Shown here one piece after another: positions 27,663-37,100 of a stretch of DNA of 64,000 bases. How positions within the stretch are numbered: position 1 is the stretch's first letter; each line of letters begins with the position of its first letter. The notes beneath the pieces were generated by a model. The model saw nothing but the letters and a program-made list of their open reading frames with translations. It did not search any database and had not been told where the DNA came from. Source of the DNA: an uncultured Oscillospiraceae bacterium (GTDB lineage Bacteria > Bacillota > Clostridia > Oscillospirales > Ruminococcaceae). The translations under genes were made by a program, and so were the position numbers. The stretch lies in the NCBI GenBank assembly GCA_910579125.1, contig CAJTTH010000015.1:777-64776 (forward strand). Direction: 5' to 3'.

Positions 27663-28391
27663 TTACTCGGCGTCCTCTGCGGGAGTTTCGTCCGCTGCCG
27701 CCTCTGCGGTTCCTTGATTAGCGGAAATAACGGCGTCTGCCATTGCGCCCGCGATCAGCTTAACGGCGCGGATAGCGTCATCGTTTCCGGGGATAACGTA
27801 GTCAATCTCGTCGGGATCGCAGTTGGTGTCAACGATAGCGACAACGGGGATACCGAGCTTTTTAGCCTCGGCAACCGCGATCTTCTCCTTGCGCGGGTCA
27901 ACAACAAACAGCGCGCCGGGGAGCTTCTTCATATTTTTGATACCGCCGAGGAACTTTTCGAGCTTCTCGATTTCGAGGTTGAGCTTGATAACTTCCTTTT
28001 TGGGGAGCAGATCGAACGTGCCGTCCGTCTCCATGGTGTGGAGCTGCTCCAGACGGGCAATTCTTCTCTGAATGGTCTTGAAGTTGGTCATCATACCGCC
28101 GAGCCAACGTGCGTTTACAAAGTGAGCGCCCGCGCGGGTTGCCTCTTCCTTAATGGAATCCGCCGCCTGCTTCTTTGTGCCGACGAACAGGATCTCTCCG
28201 CCGTTTGCCGCGGTCTCGTGAATGAAATTGTACGCCTCGTCCAACTTCTTTACGGTCTTCTGAAGGTCGATGATGTAGATGCCGTTTCTCTCGGTGAAGA
28301 TGTAGGGAGCCATTTTAGGGTTCCAACGTCTTGTCTGGTGTCCGAAGTGTACGCCCGCCTCCAGAAGCTGCTTCATAGATACTACTGCCAT
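27663..28391 (-). CDS. rpsB: 30S ribosomal protein S2
   Basis: 242 aa with [19 protein letters not shown]. Confidence 0.95.
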   Translation of the reverse strand: MAVVSMKQLLEAGVHFGHQTRRWNPKMAPYIFTERNGIYIIDLQKTVKKLDEAYNFIHETAANGGEILFVGTKKQAADSIKEEATRAGAHFVNARWLGGMMTNFKTIQRRIARLEQLHTMETDGTFDLLPKKEVIKLNLEIEKLEKFLGGIKNMKKLPGALFVVDPRKEKIAVAEAKKLGIPVVAIVDTNCDPDEIDYVIPGNDDAIRAVKLIAGAMADAVISANQGTAEAAADETPAEDAE

Positions 28392-28557
28392 AATTGTTTC
28401 CTCCTGATTTTGGTTGTTTTACGGCGTAATTGCCGCGTTCCGCCACGCCGAACCGCTCATCAAACGCGTTGCCGCGCACCTTAACGAGTTGTCGCCGTGT
28501 GTGTATTTGCGCATCGGACGTGCCTATACACGCTCTATTCTGCACATTTACCTTAAT

Positions 28558-28586
28558 ATTATACCACATTCAGCCATTATTTTCAA
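28558..28586 (-). promoter_or_regulatory. Sigma-A-type promoter upstream of rpsB, with a leader of about 165 nt
   Basis: Minus-sense TTGAAA (28586-28581), 17 nt, TGgTATAAT (-10 at 28563-28558). Confidence 0.5.
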
Positions 28587-28601
28587 GTACATTGTGTTTG
28601 A

Positions 28602-28892
28602 TTATTTAAACAAACTTCCGAAACCTTTGCCGCGTCGATTTGTGCAGCTTGACGGAACATCACAGGAAACGAGTATGGTATCCTCGCCGATAACCTCAAT
28701 GTCGCACCACTTGATGAATAAATCGTCCTCGCGCCCGAACAGCCCGAAAAACTTCGCTCGGCCGAAAACGATCAGACGGCATATTTTCGCGGTGCAGTTG
28801 TCAAACTCTATATCATCGGGAAAGCCCAGCCTTGCGCCTGTTTTGACGTTGATTATCTCTTTGCACTTCAAGTCGTTAAAGCTGTAAACCAT
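28602..28892 (-). CDS. YlmC/YmxH-family PRC-barrel sporulation protein
   Basis: 96 aa. The pattern LKCKEIINVKTGARLGFPDDIEFD ... IKWCDIEVIGEDTILV is typical of YlmC/YmxH. Confidence 0.8.
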   Translation of the reverse strand: MVYSFNDLKCKEIINVKTGARLGFPDDIEFDNCTAKICRLIVFGRAKFFGLFGREDDLFIKWCDIEVIGEDTILVSCDVPSSCTNRRGKGFGSLFK

Positions 28893-28957
28893 AATATGAC
28901 CTCACATTCTTGTCTTGATGAATTTTATGTGAAATCATAAGCGTTTATTCGGCAATT

Positions 28958-29383
28958 TTACCCTGTATATTTACAGTATATCCGCTTCCCGAATTTCTCC
29001 TCGATCACCTCATAGCCGCACTTCTCGTAGAACCCCCACGCGCCGTTGAAGCTCGAAAGCGTTATCTTGCAGTAATCGTGCATTCGTGCGCTGCGCTCGA
29101 ACGACCGCATAAGCGACCTTGTAATTCCCCGCCCCCGATACTCCTCAACACATGCGGCAAAGCCTATCACAACGCTGTCAGGGCTTTCCGCTCTTCCGAG
29201 CACCGCCGCTATCGGCTCGCCGCCGCACTCCGCGTACAGCATAAGATAGCCCCTGTCAAGCCGCCTTGCCCACGCCTCGTAGGAATACAAGCCCTCGTAA
29301 TGCTCGCCAAGTATCGAATAGCACATTTCCAGCACCGCGCGGAGCGTGCGCTCGTCGTTTATCTGTTTTATCGAGTAGTCCAT
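28958..29383 (-). CDS. GNAT family N-acetyltransferase
   Basis: 141 aa with the YRGRGITRSLM motif-A-like segment. Confidence 0.75.
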   Translation of the reverse strand: MDYSIKQINDERTLRAVLEMCYSILGEHYEGLYSYEAWARRLDRGYLMLYAECGGEPIAAVLGRAESPDSVVIGFAACVEEYRGRGITRSLMRSFERSARMHDYCKITLSSFNGAWGFYEKCGYEVIEEKFGKRIYCKYTG

Positions 29384-29385
29384 AA

Positions 29386-30099
29386 TTATCCCAAGCGCTC
29401 GGCGGCGAATTTTTCCGCGTCCTCTATCGTTCCGCAGTTAAACGCGGAAATATCGGCGTTTTCGGGATTCTCGATGAAATCCGTCACCAGGAAGCTCTCA
29501 ATGCCGAGCGATTTGGCCGGCAATATATCCTCCTCCACGCTGTTGCCGATCATCAGGCACTCCCCGGGCTGTCTGCCGAATTTTTTCAGCAGCTCGGCGA
29601 AGTACTTCGGGTTGGGCTTGCAGCAGCCGCTGTTGTCGTAGTGGGTTATGTACGCGAAGTCGCTCGGTGACAATCCCACCCACGCGAGCCTTGTTGCGAC
29701 CGCGCATTCGGGAAAAATCGGGTTTGTGGCGAGCACAAGCTCCGCTCCCGCGCTTTTCAGCCGCTCTATCATCGGCTTATGGTCGGGAACGCGTTTCAGA
29801 CACTGCTTCACCGCGTCGAACTCCTTGGTGTAAAAGTCGTCGCAGAACTCGCGGGCATCGGGCTTATCGGGAAACGCGCCGTGAAAGACCTCCCAAAAAG
29901 CCTCGCTGTTCGGACGCGAGCCGTCGTTCTTGATCATTGCGCCGGTGCCCTTCCAGACGTTTTTTACAACGCTGTCGGGGTCGTCGTAGCCGTGCGGCGC
30001 GAGCTTTTTGCACAAGCCGCCGAAATAGTATTTTATGAACTCGTCCTGAACGAACGGCAGCAGCGTGCCGTCCAGATCAAACATTACCGTTTTTATCAT
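29386..30099 (-). CDS. HAD-superfamily hydrolase
   Basis: HAD motif I VMFDLDGTLL and a late GNSVEED motif. I prefer the start MIKTVMF at 30099 over the track start at 30129, which lies inside the upstream gene. Confidence 0.8.
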   Translation of the reverse strand: MIKTVMFDLDGTLLPFVQDEFIKYYFGGLCKKLAPHGYDDPDSVVKNVWKGTGAMIKNDGSRPNSEAFWEVFHGAFPDKPDAREFCDDFYTKEFDAVKQCLKRVPDHKPMIERLKSAGAELVLATNPIFPECAVATRLAWVGLSPSDFAYITHYDNSGCCKPNPKYFAELLKKFGRQPGECLMIGNSVEEDILPAKSLGIESFLVTDFIENPENADISAFNCGTIEDAEKFAAERLG

Positions 30100-31030
30100 C
30101 TTTTCCCTCCGCTTTCTTTTTCTCCGCATTCAGCTTTCGGCGCTCCTCGCGCTTTTTGAGCTTGGTCTCGTATGACGTTATTTCCTCGCTGCCTGCCGCA
30201 AAAACCGTCCTCAGCACGGTGTAATTATGCTCGGTTATCGCACAGGCTTTCAGTTTAACGAGAAACGTCTCCTTACAGCCCGTGCAGTCGGCGATCGTTC
30301 TGCAGGACTTGGCGTTGCTGAAAAGCCACTGACGAAGCGCGAGCATTTCACCGCACTTCGGACATTTCAGCTCCACAATACGCTTGTCGGACACCATCTT
30401 CTTCAAGTCATTAACGTCGTTCACGGCGTCCTTGAAGAGCGGCTGAGGCACCGCGGCGGTATATCCGGAGTATTCCGCAAGCCCCAGAACCATATCCAGC
30501 CTGCGGCAGACCTCGTAAGTGAGAAACGCGTCGTTGAACGCATCGTGCACCTGAACGTCAAGCGGTATCTCAAGGCTCTCCGCAGCAGTCGAGAGAGCGC
30601 ACTGCAAATGCTCGCTCTTAACCTGACGGTTATAGATGAGCTGCAGATTTATGTAGTCGCTGCCGAAGCTCGGATCAAGTCCGTGCAGCGTGAGGTTGTC
30701 GGCGAGCATACTCAGGTCGTCGAAGCCCCATGTGATAAAGCGGAACTCTCCGCCGCACCACTCTCTAAAGCGCCTGAATGCCTGCGGGAACGTCTCCCCC
30801 GCCGTGAGCTGCATATCGGTGATACCCGTGATCTGGGCGACATGGGGGTTCATCTTTTTGTAGTACTTCGGGCGGACGTTTATCTTTATTTTGTCGATAA
30901 GGTTGAATTTATCGTCCGTCTTTATCGCACCGATCTGTATGATCTCGCCGTGCAGCAGCAGCGGCGTGCGCACCAGCTTTGAGGAGTTAAGCGCTTGGTT
31001 CCATTCCAAGTCCATTATAATGTAGTTCAT
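30077..31030 (-). CDS. DEDDh 3'-5' exonuclease (KapD/ERI-1-like) with a C-terminal zinc ribbon
   Basis: Exo motifs MDLEWN, WGFDD and HDAFNDA. C-terminal CPKCG...CTGCKETF. I prefer the start MNYIIMDLEW at 31030. Confidence 0.75.
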   Translation of the reverse strand: MNYIIMDLEWNQALNSSKLVRTPLLLHGEIIQIGAIKTDDKFNLIDKIKINVRPKYYKKMNPHVAQITGITDMQLTAGETFPQAFRRFREWCGGEFRFITWGFDDLSMLADNLTLHGLDPSFGSDYINLQLIYNRQVKSEHLQCALSTAAESLEIPLDVQVHDAFNDAFLTYEVCRRLDMVLGLAEYSGYTAAVPQPLFKDAVNDVNDLKKMVSDKRIVELKCPKCGEMLALRQWLFSNAKSCRTIADCTGCKETFLVKLKACAITEHNYTVLRTVFAAGSEEITSYETKLKKREERRKLNAEKKKAEGKDDKNGNV

Positions 31031-31047
31031 AAAATCATTCTTTCTTT

Positions 31048-31470
31048 TTACGGTTTTCGGCAATCCAAAGACCGTTCCCTAATTATCCGTTCATCGTATT
31101 CATCTACCGAAAAATCTGCGCCGAAAAGCTCGCTCATTCGTTTTATAACATAGTCGCAAGCGTCGAAAAACTCGGCTTTCTCCTGTTCGTCCTCAAAGCC
31201 GATATACGGCTCTCCAGCGGGAAACTCGTTTATATCCCAAATACGGCAATATATATCGTAAATCAATTGCAACTTTTGTTCAAGCTCCGTTTCACCATTT
31301 AACCGCTCGTCAAACTCTTTACAATCAAGTTTTTTTCCGTCAAGGCTGTATACATCTCCGTCAAAATATCCGCCGCTGTTTACAAGCCAAGGCCCGCAAT
31401 TACCGCCATAAAGCCATAAAGGCGGGCAATTATAATCGAACATAAACTTAATTGTTCCGTTAAAACGCAT
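31048..31470 (-). CDS. Hypothetical protein (visibly AT-richer than its neighbours)
   Basis: 140-aa ORF with a good SD (GAGAGG, 8-nt spacer). I recognise no family motif. The protein is acidic and Cys-containing. Confidence 0.5.
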   Translation of the reverse strand: MRFNGTIKFMFDYNCPPLWLYGGNCGPWLVNSGGYFDGDVYSLDGKKLDCKEFDERLNGETELEQKLQLIYDIYCRIWDINEFPAGEPYIGFEDEQEKAEFFDACDYVIKRMSELFGADFSVDEYDERIIRERSLDCRKP

Positions 31471-31491
31471 TTCGGAAACCTCTCTAACTTG

Positions 31492-33105
31492 TCAAATGGA
31501 AAGCGAACCGCCGACATTCTCCCTGCGCCATTCAACGTACTCATCGTAGTTGCCTTGACGGTCGTAGCAGCCGTTCTCGGTTATCTCGATTATGCGGTTG
31601 GGCACGGTATCCAGAATTTCGTGGTCGTGCGACGCAAACAGCACGTTCCCCTTGAACTCGGAAAGTCCGTTGTTGACCGCCGTAATGCTCTCCAGATCGA
31701 GGTGATTCGTCGGTCGGTCGAGTATCAGACAGTTTGAGTGGAACAGCATCATACGCGAGAACATACACCGCACCTTTTCGCCGCCCGACAGCACCTTTAC
31801 GGGCTTGTACACGTCGTCGCCACTGAACAGCATACGCCCGAGAAATCCGCGCAGAAAGCTCTCGGTCTCGTCAGTCGAATACTGCCGCATCCAGTCGATT
31901 ATCGACAACTCGCAGTCGTTAAAGAACGCGCTGTTATCATTCGGGAAGTAGCTTGTCGTGATCGTGCCGCCCCACTTGAACGCGCCCTCGTCGGGTTCAA
32001 GCTCCTCAGTGAGTATGCGGAACAGCGTCGTCACGGCGATCTCGTTCGCGCCGACAAACGCTATCTTGTCGCCCTTTGCGACGGTAAAGCCCACGTTGTT
32101 CAGCACCTTAATGCCGTCCACCGTTTTCGACAGCCCCGTGACCTGAAGAATATCCTTGCCCGCCTCGCGCTCCATATCGAAGCCGATGTACGGGTATTTG
32201 CGCGAGCTTGCGGGCATTTCTTCGACGGTCAGCTTGTCGAGCAGCTTGCGGCGCGAAGTCGCCTGCTTGGACTTGGACTTGTTCGCGGAAAAGCGTGCGA
32301 TAAAGCTTTGCAGCTCCTTTATCTTCTCCTCGGCTTTCTTGTTCTGGTTCTTTATCATGCGCTGAACGAGCTGCGAGCTCTCGTACCAGAACTCGTAGTT
32401 GCCGACATACATTTTTATCTTGCCGTAGTCGATATCAACGATATGCGTGCAGACGTTGTTCAGAAAGTGCCGGTCGTGCGAAACCACGATGACCGTGCCG
32501 AAATAGTCCGCGAGGAAGTCCTCCAGCCAGCTCACCGCCTCAACGTCAAGGTGGTTGGTCGGCTCGTCCATAAGGATAATTTCGGGGTTGCCGAACAGGC
32601 ACTGCGCAAGCAGCACCTTTACCTTTTCGTTACCCGTAAGGCTCGACATTTGATTATACAAGAGCTCCTCGGGCAGTCCCAAGCCCTGTATCAGCTTGGA
32701 CGCGTCGCTTTCCGTCTCCCAGCCGTTAAGCTCGGCAAATTCCGCTTCAAGTACGGAAGCGCGCTCGCCGTCCTCGTCCGAAAAGTCCTCCTTCGCGTAC
32801 AGCTCGTCCTTTTCCTTCATAATGTCGTAGAGCCTTTTGTTGCCCATTATTACCGTATCCTGCACGGTGAACTCGTCAAACGCGTAATGGTCTTGCCTCA
32901 GAACGCTCATACGCATTTCGGGCGGGCGCGTTACCGTGCCCTTTGTCGGCTCAAGCTCGCCGCACAGCACCTTTAAAAATGTCGATTTACCCGCGCCGTT
33001 CGCGCCGATAACGCCGTAGCAGTTGCCGCTGGTGAACTTTAAATCCACGTCCTTGAACAATACCTGTCCGCCGAAGCTGACGTTTACATCGCTTACTGTA
33101 ATCAT
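31492..33105 (-). CDS. ABC-F family ATPase with one degenerate nucleotide-binding site
   Basis: 537 aa with two tandem NBDs and no TM segments. NBD1 has GANGAGKST and ILMDEPTNHLD. NBD2 has LSGGEKVR but GANEIAVTT in place of the Walker A, and LILDRPTNHLD. Confidence 0.85.
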   Translation of the reverse strand: MITVSDVNVSFGGQVLFKDVDLKFTSGNCYGVIGANGAGKSTFLKVLCGELEPTKGTVTRPPEMRMSVLRQDHYAFDEFTVQDTVIMGNKRLYDIMKEKDELYAKEDFSDEDGERASVLEAEFAELNGWETESDASKLIQGLGLPEELLYNQMSSLTGNEKVKVLLAQCLFGNPEIILMDEPTNHLDVEAVSWLEDFLADYFGTVIVVSHDRHFLNNVCTHIVDIDYGKIKMYVGNYEFWYESSQLVQRMIKNQNKKAEEKIKELQSFIARFSANKSKSKQATSRRKLLDKLTVEEMPASSRKYPYIGFDMEREAGKDILQVTGLSKTVDGIKVLNNVGFTVAKGDKIAFVGANEIAVTTLFRILTEELEPDEGAFKWGGTITTSYFPNDNSAFFNDCELSIIDWMRQYSTDETESFLRGFLGRMLFSGDDVYKPVKVLSGGEKVRCMFSRMMLFHSNCLILDRPTNHLDLESITAVNNGLSEFKGNVLFASHDHEILDTVPNRIIEITENGCYDRQGNYDEYVEWRRENVGGSLSI

Positions 33106-33147
33106 TTAGTCTCCTATCCTTTTCCTGTTATTGTGCCGCAAACTGCT

Positions 33148-33477
33148 TTATTCTTTTATGAACGCCTTATCCGATTCGGGGATCCCGTCATCGGATACAT
33201 ACCTCTCTACCCTCATGTGCAGGTCGTATTTCTCCCGCAGCTCGGCTATGCGTTTCATCATATCCGAAGCATGATGAACGTCTATTGAATGCTGGTCTTT
33301 CCAACTGTCAATCAAAAGCACCGTTTCCCCGTCCGACATCGGAAAGAAGTATTCGTACCCGAGGTTGCCGTCCTCCGCGCGGATTTCGTCAACGATACCG
33401 CTTGAAACCATTTCCTCCGCGAATTTCCTCGCGCTGCCGTTCACACCGCTGTAATAAATGTTTATCGTAACAGCCAT
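33148..33477 (-). CDS. Antibiotic-biosynthesis-monooxygenase (ABM)-like small protein
   Basis: About 109 aa with a ferredoxin-like fold pattern (WKDQHSIDVHHAS). I prefer the start MAVTINIYY at 33477, which has a GGAGGTG SD. Confidence 0.6.
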   Translation of the reverse strand: MAVTINIYYSGVNGSARKFAEEMVSSGIVDEIRAEDGNLGYEYFFPMSDGETVLLIDSWKDQHSIDVHHASDMMKRIAELREKYDLHMRVERYVSDDGIPESDKAFIKE

Positions 33478-33536
33478 GCTCTTCACCTCCGCGATCAAGT
33501 CACGCTTTCATATTTTCTGCCAAAGCTGACGTTTCG

Positions 33537-34055
33537 TCACTTAACATTATCCAAATGCAGCGAGTAATACGCCGCATCAAACGTTTCGCTTCCGTCAAGC
33601 CGTGAATACTGCCCGTAATTCTCAAATTTAAAGCCGCACTTTTGTATTACTCTGCCCGAAGCGGGGTTAGCGAGCGCATGACCCGCAGTAAAGTTACACG
33701 CCCCGAGCGTTTCATGCGCCCATTGTATCATTGCCTTTGAGGCTTCGGTCGCATAACCCGCTCCCCAAAACGCCCGATTGAGATTGTATCCAAGCCCGTA
33801 AGCACCACGTTCCGAGTCAAAACCAACGTCGCCCGAGCCGATCACCTTTCCCGACGATCTCAGTTGAAATCCGAAATGATTATATTCTTCCTTGATCGTA
33901 CTTATCCAGTCTTTTACCTGTTCAACATTATCATACAGCTTATACGGCATATAGCGGTTGACAACGGGATCGCCGACCCATTCAAATACGTCGTCCGCGT
34001 CATCTGCCGTCAGTGGTCGGAGAATAAGGCGCTCCGTTTCAATTCGTCTTTCCAT
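33537..34055 (-). CDS. GNAT acetyltransferase (RimJ/RimL-like)
   Basis: N-terminal ETERLILRPL signature of the RimJ/L subgroup. Confidence 0.8.
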   Translation of the reverse strand: MERRIETERLILRPLTADDADDVFEWVGDPVVNRYMPYKLYDNVEQVKDWISTIKEEYNHFGFQLRSSGKVIGSGDVGFDSERGAYGLGYNLNRAFWGAGYATEASKAMIQWAHETLGACNFTAGHALANPASGRVIQKCGFKFENYGQYSRLDGSETFDAAYYSLHLDNVK

Positions 34056-34071
34056 GCTTTAACACCTTACA

Positions 34072-35337
34072 TCAGATATTCGCGAACGCGCTCCCCAGAT
34101 CGGCAATAATGTCCTCGACGTTCTCCAGACCAACTGACAAACGGATAAGACCGCCGTCGATACCCGCCGCGACAAGCTGCTCGTCGGTGAGCTGGCGGTG
34201 AGTAGCGCTCGCGGGGTGCAGCACGCACGTTCTGATATCCGCGACGTGAACCTCGTTGCTCGCGAGTTTCAGGCTGTCCATAAACCTGACAGCCGCCGAA
34301 CGTCCGCCCTTTATCGAAAACGAAATAACGCCGCTCGTTCCGTTCGGAAGGTACTTCTTCGCAAGCTCGTGACCCTTGCTGCCCTCGAGTGCGGGATAGG
34401 TCACAAACTCCGCCTTGCCCGTGCCTTGGATATATTTCGCGACCGTGAGCGCGTTCTCGCAGTACTGCTTCATTCTCACGGGGAGCGTTTCAAGTCCGAG
34501 ATTAAGCAGGAACGACGAATTAGCCGCTGGATAGCAGCCGAAATCGCGCATAAGCTGCATTCTCGCCTTGACGATATACGGCGCGAACGCGTACTTCTCC
34601 GTGTAGACGATACCGTGATAACTCTCGTCCGGCTCGGTCATGCACGGGAATTTTCCGTTAGTCCAGTCGAACTTGCCGCTGTCGACGATAACGCCGCCCA
34701 CCTGTACCGCGTGACCGTCCATATACTTCGAGGTCGAGTGTATTACAATATCCGCGCCCCACTCTATCGGACGGCAGAGTATCGGCGTCGCGAACGTATT
34801 GTCGATTATCAGCGGAACTCCGTGCGCATGAGCCGCCTTAGCCCACATCTCGATATCCAGCACGGTGAGCGCAGGGTTCGCGAGCGTTTCACCGAAAACA
34901 GCCTTGGTGTTCGTCTTGAACGCTGCGTTGAGCTGCTCCTCGGTCGCGTCGTGGTCGACCCAGATACACTCTATGCCCATTCTTTTCAGCGTTACGCCGA
35001 ACAGGTTGATAGTGCCGCCGTAGATCGACGAGCTTGCGATAAAGCTGTCGCCCGCCTCACAGATGTTCAGTATCGACAGCAGCGAAGCCGCCTGTCCGCT
35101 CGACGTGCACATAGCCGCCACGCCGCCCTCAAGAGCCGCGATCTTCTTTTCCACGCAGTCGGTGGTCGGGTTCTCAAAGCGCGAGTAGATAAGCGACTTT
35201 GTAGGGTCGTCGAACACCGCCGCAACGTCGTCGGTGCTGTCGTAAACATAGGTCGTGCTTTGAACTATCGGCATAACGCGCGGTTCGCCGTTTTTTGGCG
35301 TGTAGCCCTCGTGTAAGCATTTGGTTTCGATTTTCAT
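34072..35337 (-). CDS. O-acetylhomoserine/O-acetylserine sulfhydrylase (MetY/CysD-type, PLP-dependent)
   Basis: 421 aa Cys/Met-metabolism PLP enzyme. PLP-lysine motif HSTSKYMDGH. Confidence 0.85.
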   Translation of the reverse strand: MKIETKCLHEGYTPKNGEPRVMPIVQSTTYVYDSTDDVAAVFDDPTKSLIYSRFENPTTDCVEKKIAALEGGVAAMCTSSGQAASLLSILNICEAGDSFIASSSIYGGTINLFGVTLKRMGIECIWVDHDATEEQLNAAFKTNTKAVFGETLANPALTVLDIEMWAKAAHAHGVPLIIDNTFATPILCRPIEWGADIVIHSTSKYMDGHAVQVGGVIVDSGKFDWTNGKFPCMTEPDESYHGIVYTEKYAFAPYIVKARMQLMRDFGCYPAANSSFLLNLGLETLPVRMKQYCENALTVAKYIQGTGKAEFVTYPALEGSKGHELAKKYLPNGTSGVISFSIKGGRSAAVRFMDSLKLASNEVHVADIRTCVLHPASATHRQLTDEQLVAAGIDGGLIRLSVGLENVEDIIADLGSAFANI

Positions 35338-35362
35338 TTTTTATCTCCTTAAAATAAATAAA

Positions 35363-35896
35363 TTACATTTTTTCCGTTGGCTGTTTTCGTGTGATATAAC
35401 GGAAATGCGGCATATCCACGCCCCTGTAATGTTTCACACAACCGTCCGTCCTCACCATTCCGTTCCTTAGCGCGACCTTTTTAGAAGCCGAGTTCGTGTC
35501 ACGTATTATCGAGCATACCTCATCAGCGTTTAGTATCTCGAACGCGTAACGTTTGCAAGCGGCAGCCGCCTCTGTCGCATAGCCGTTATGCCACATATCA
35601 AAGCGAAATAGATATCCTATCTCCAAGACCTCGCCGTCTTTCCAAGGCTGCATAGTAAGTCCGCACTGCCCGATAAACCCGCCTGTTTCTTTAAGAATGA
35701 CCGCCCACAGTCCAAAGCCGTATTTACGGTAACGTCCGAGCTGCCTTTCAAGCCACTCTCGCGCTTCTTCCTCGGAAAACGCTCCCTCGTAAGCGTACAT
35801 GACCCGATCATCGCGCAAAATCCCGCAAAGATCGTCGAAATCGTCCGCTGTCAATTCGCGAAGAAACAGACGTTCCGTTTCAAGAAGTACATTCAT
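35363..35896 (-). CDS. GNAT acetyltransferase (RimJ/RimL-like)
   Basis: N-terminal ETERLFLREL signature; 177 aa. Confidence 0.8.
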   Translation of the reverse strand: MNVLLETERLFLRELTADDFDDLCGILRDDRVMYAYEGAFSEEEAREWLERQLGRYRKYGFGLWAVILKETGGFIGQCGLTMQPWKDGEVLEIGYLFRFDMWHNGYATEAAAACKRYAFEILNADEVCSIIRDTNSASKKVALRNGMVRTDGCVKHYRGVDMPHFRYITRKQPTEKM

Positions 35897-35911
35897 TGCG
35901 CCGACCTCCGC

Positions 35912-37015
35912 TCAGTCGTCCGCCCAGCCGCTGTTCAAGGCACGTTCTTTCTTCGACCATTCCACCTCGGAAATCAGTTCGCGGAGCTCGTTTATCAGCT
36001 TGTCAGTTTCCTCATCGGTTCCAACGGTAATACGCAAATAATTGTCAATGCGCGGCTTGTTGAACCACCGCACATAGATGTCGCGCGTTTTCAGATACTC
36101 GAATATCTCCTTTGCGGAGAACTTCGGGTGCGTCGCGAACAGAAAATTCGTCTGACTGTCGGGTAGCGAAAAGCCCATTGAGCGCAACTCCGCCGTGAGC
36201 CTTTCGCGCGTTGCGATAACCTTTTTCAGCGTCGCTTGGAAGTACTCCTCGTCCTTGATAGACGCGACGCCCGCCGCCTGCGCTATGCTGTCGACGGGAT
36301 AGCTGTTCATGCTGTCCTTTGCCGCGTAAATCGCCGCGACCGCCTCCTTGCTGCCTATTGCCCAGCCGAGCCGCATTCCCGCCATGCTCCGCGACTTCGA
36401 GAACGTCCGCGTTATCACCAGATTGTCGAACTCTTTGAGCAGCGGCACTGCGGTCGTTCCGCCGAAATCCACATACGCCTCGTCTATTATAACCACACTT
36501 TCGCGGTTATTGCGCATTATCTCGTGGATAAAGTCAAGTCCGCGCCCGATTGAGGTCGGCGCGTTGGGGTTGGCGATGACTACGCCGCCGTTCGGGCGCG
36601 CGTAATCGGCAGGATTTATATTGAAATTATCGTCAACGGGAACAGTATCGTAAGGGATATTCAAAATATCGCACCACACCGTGTTGAACGAGTACGTAAT
36701 ATCGGGAAAAATTATCGGCTTGTCCGAGTTGAAGAACGCGCGGAAACAAAGCGACAGCACGTCGTCCGTGCCGTTGCCCGCTAAAACGTTTTCGGGGAGC
36801 AGACCCTCGCGCTCGGCGATAGCGTTCACAAGCGGCACGGCGTTCGCGCTCGGGTACTTTTTGAGATTTTCCGCGTTAAACTCACGAATTGCGGCTGCCG
36901 CTTTCGGCGACGGCGGATAAGGGTTTTCGTTCGCGTTCAGCTTGATAAAATCCGTCTTTTTCGGCTGCTCCCCCGCAATGTACGGCTCAATTTTTATCAG
37001 ATTATCCTGCCACAT
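35912..37015 (-). CDS. hisC: Histidinol-phosphate aminotransferase
   Basis: Class II aminotransferase with the PLP-lysine motif FSKSRSMAGMRLG. The true start is MWQDNLIK at 37015 (GGAGG SD). The 469-aa track ORF is an artefactual N-terminal extension that overlaps the next gene. Confidence 0.85.
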   Translation of the reverse strand: MWQDNLIKIEPYIAGEQPKKTDFIKLNANENPYPPSPKAAAAIREFNAENLKKYPSANAVPLVNAIAEREGLLPENVLAGNGTDDVLSLCFRAFFNSDKPIIFPDITYSFNTVWCDILNIPYDTVPVDDNFNINPADYARPNGGVVIANPNAPTSIGRGLDFIHEIMRNNRESVVIIDEAYVDFGGTTAVPLLKEFDNLVITRTFSKSRSMAGMRLGWAIGSKEAVAAIYAAKDSMNSYPVDSIAQAAGVASIKDEEYFQATLKKVIATRERLTAELRSMGFSLPDSQTNFLFATHPKFSAKEIFEYLKTRDIYVRWFNKPRIDNYLRITVGTDEETDKLINELRELISEVEWSKKERALNSGWADD

Positions 37016-37025
37016 TATGTCCTCC

Positions 37026-37061
37026 AAAAAATAAAACCTGTTCCACGCAAGAGCAGGTTTT
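37026..37061 (-). terminator. Rho-independent terminator abutting the hisC SD
   Basis: Minus-sense AAAACCTGcTC-ttgcgtg-GAaCAGGTTTT followed by ATTTTTT, then GGAGG and the hisC ATG. Confidence 0.6.
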
Positions 37062-37100
37062 ATGTCAATTTGCGCGCAGCAATGCCGCGCCATCAACCAA

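Noticed and set aside
35338-35362. A SAM (S-box) riboswitch upstream of the MetY-type gene.
   Set aside because: Only 25 nt separate it from the preceding GNAT gene, which leaves no room for a riboswitch.
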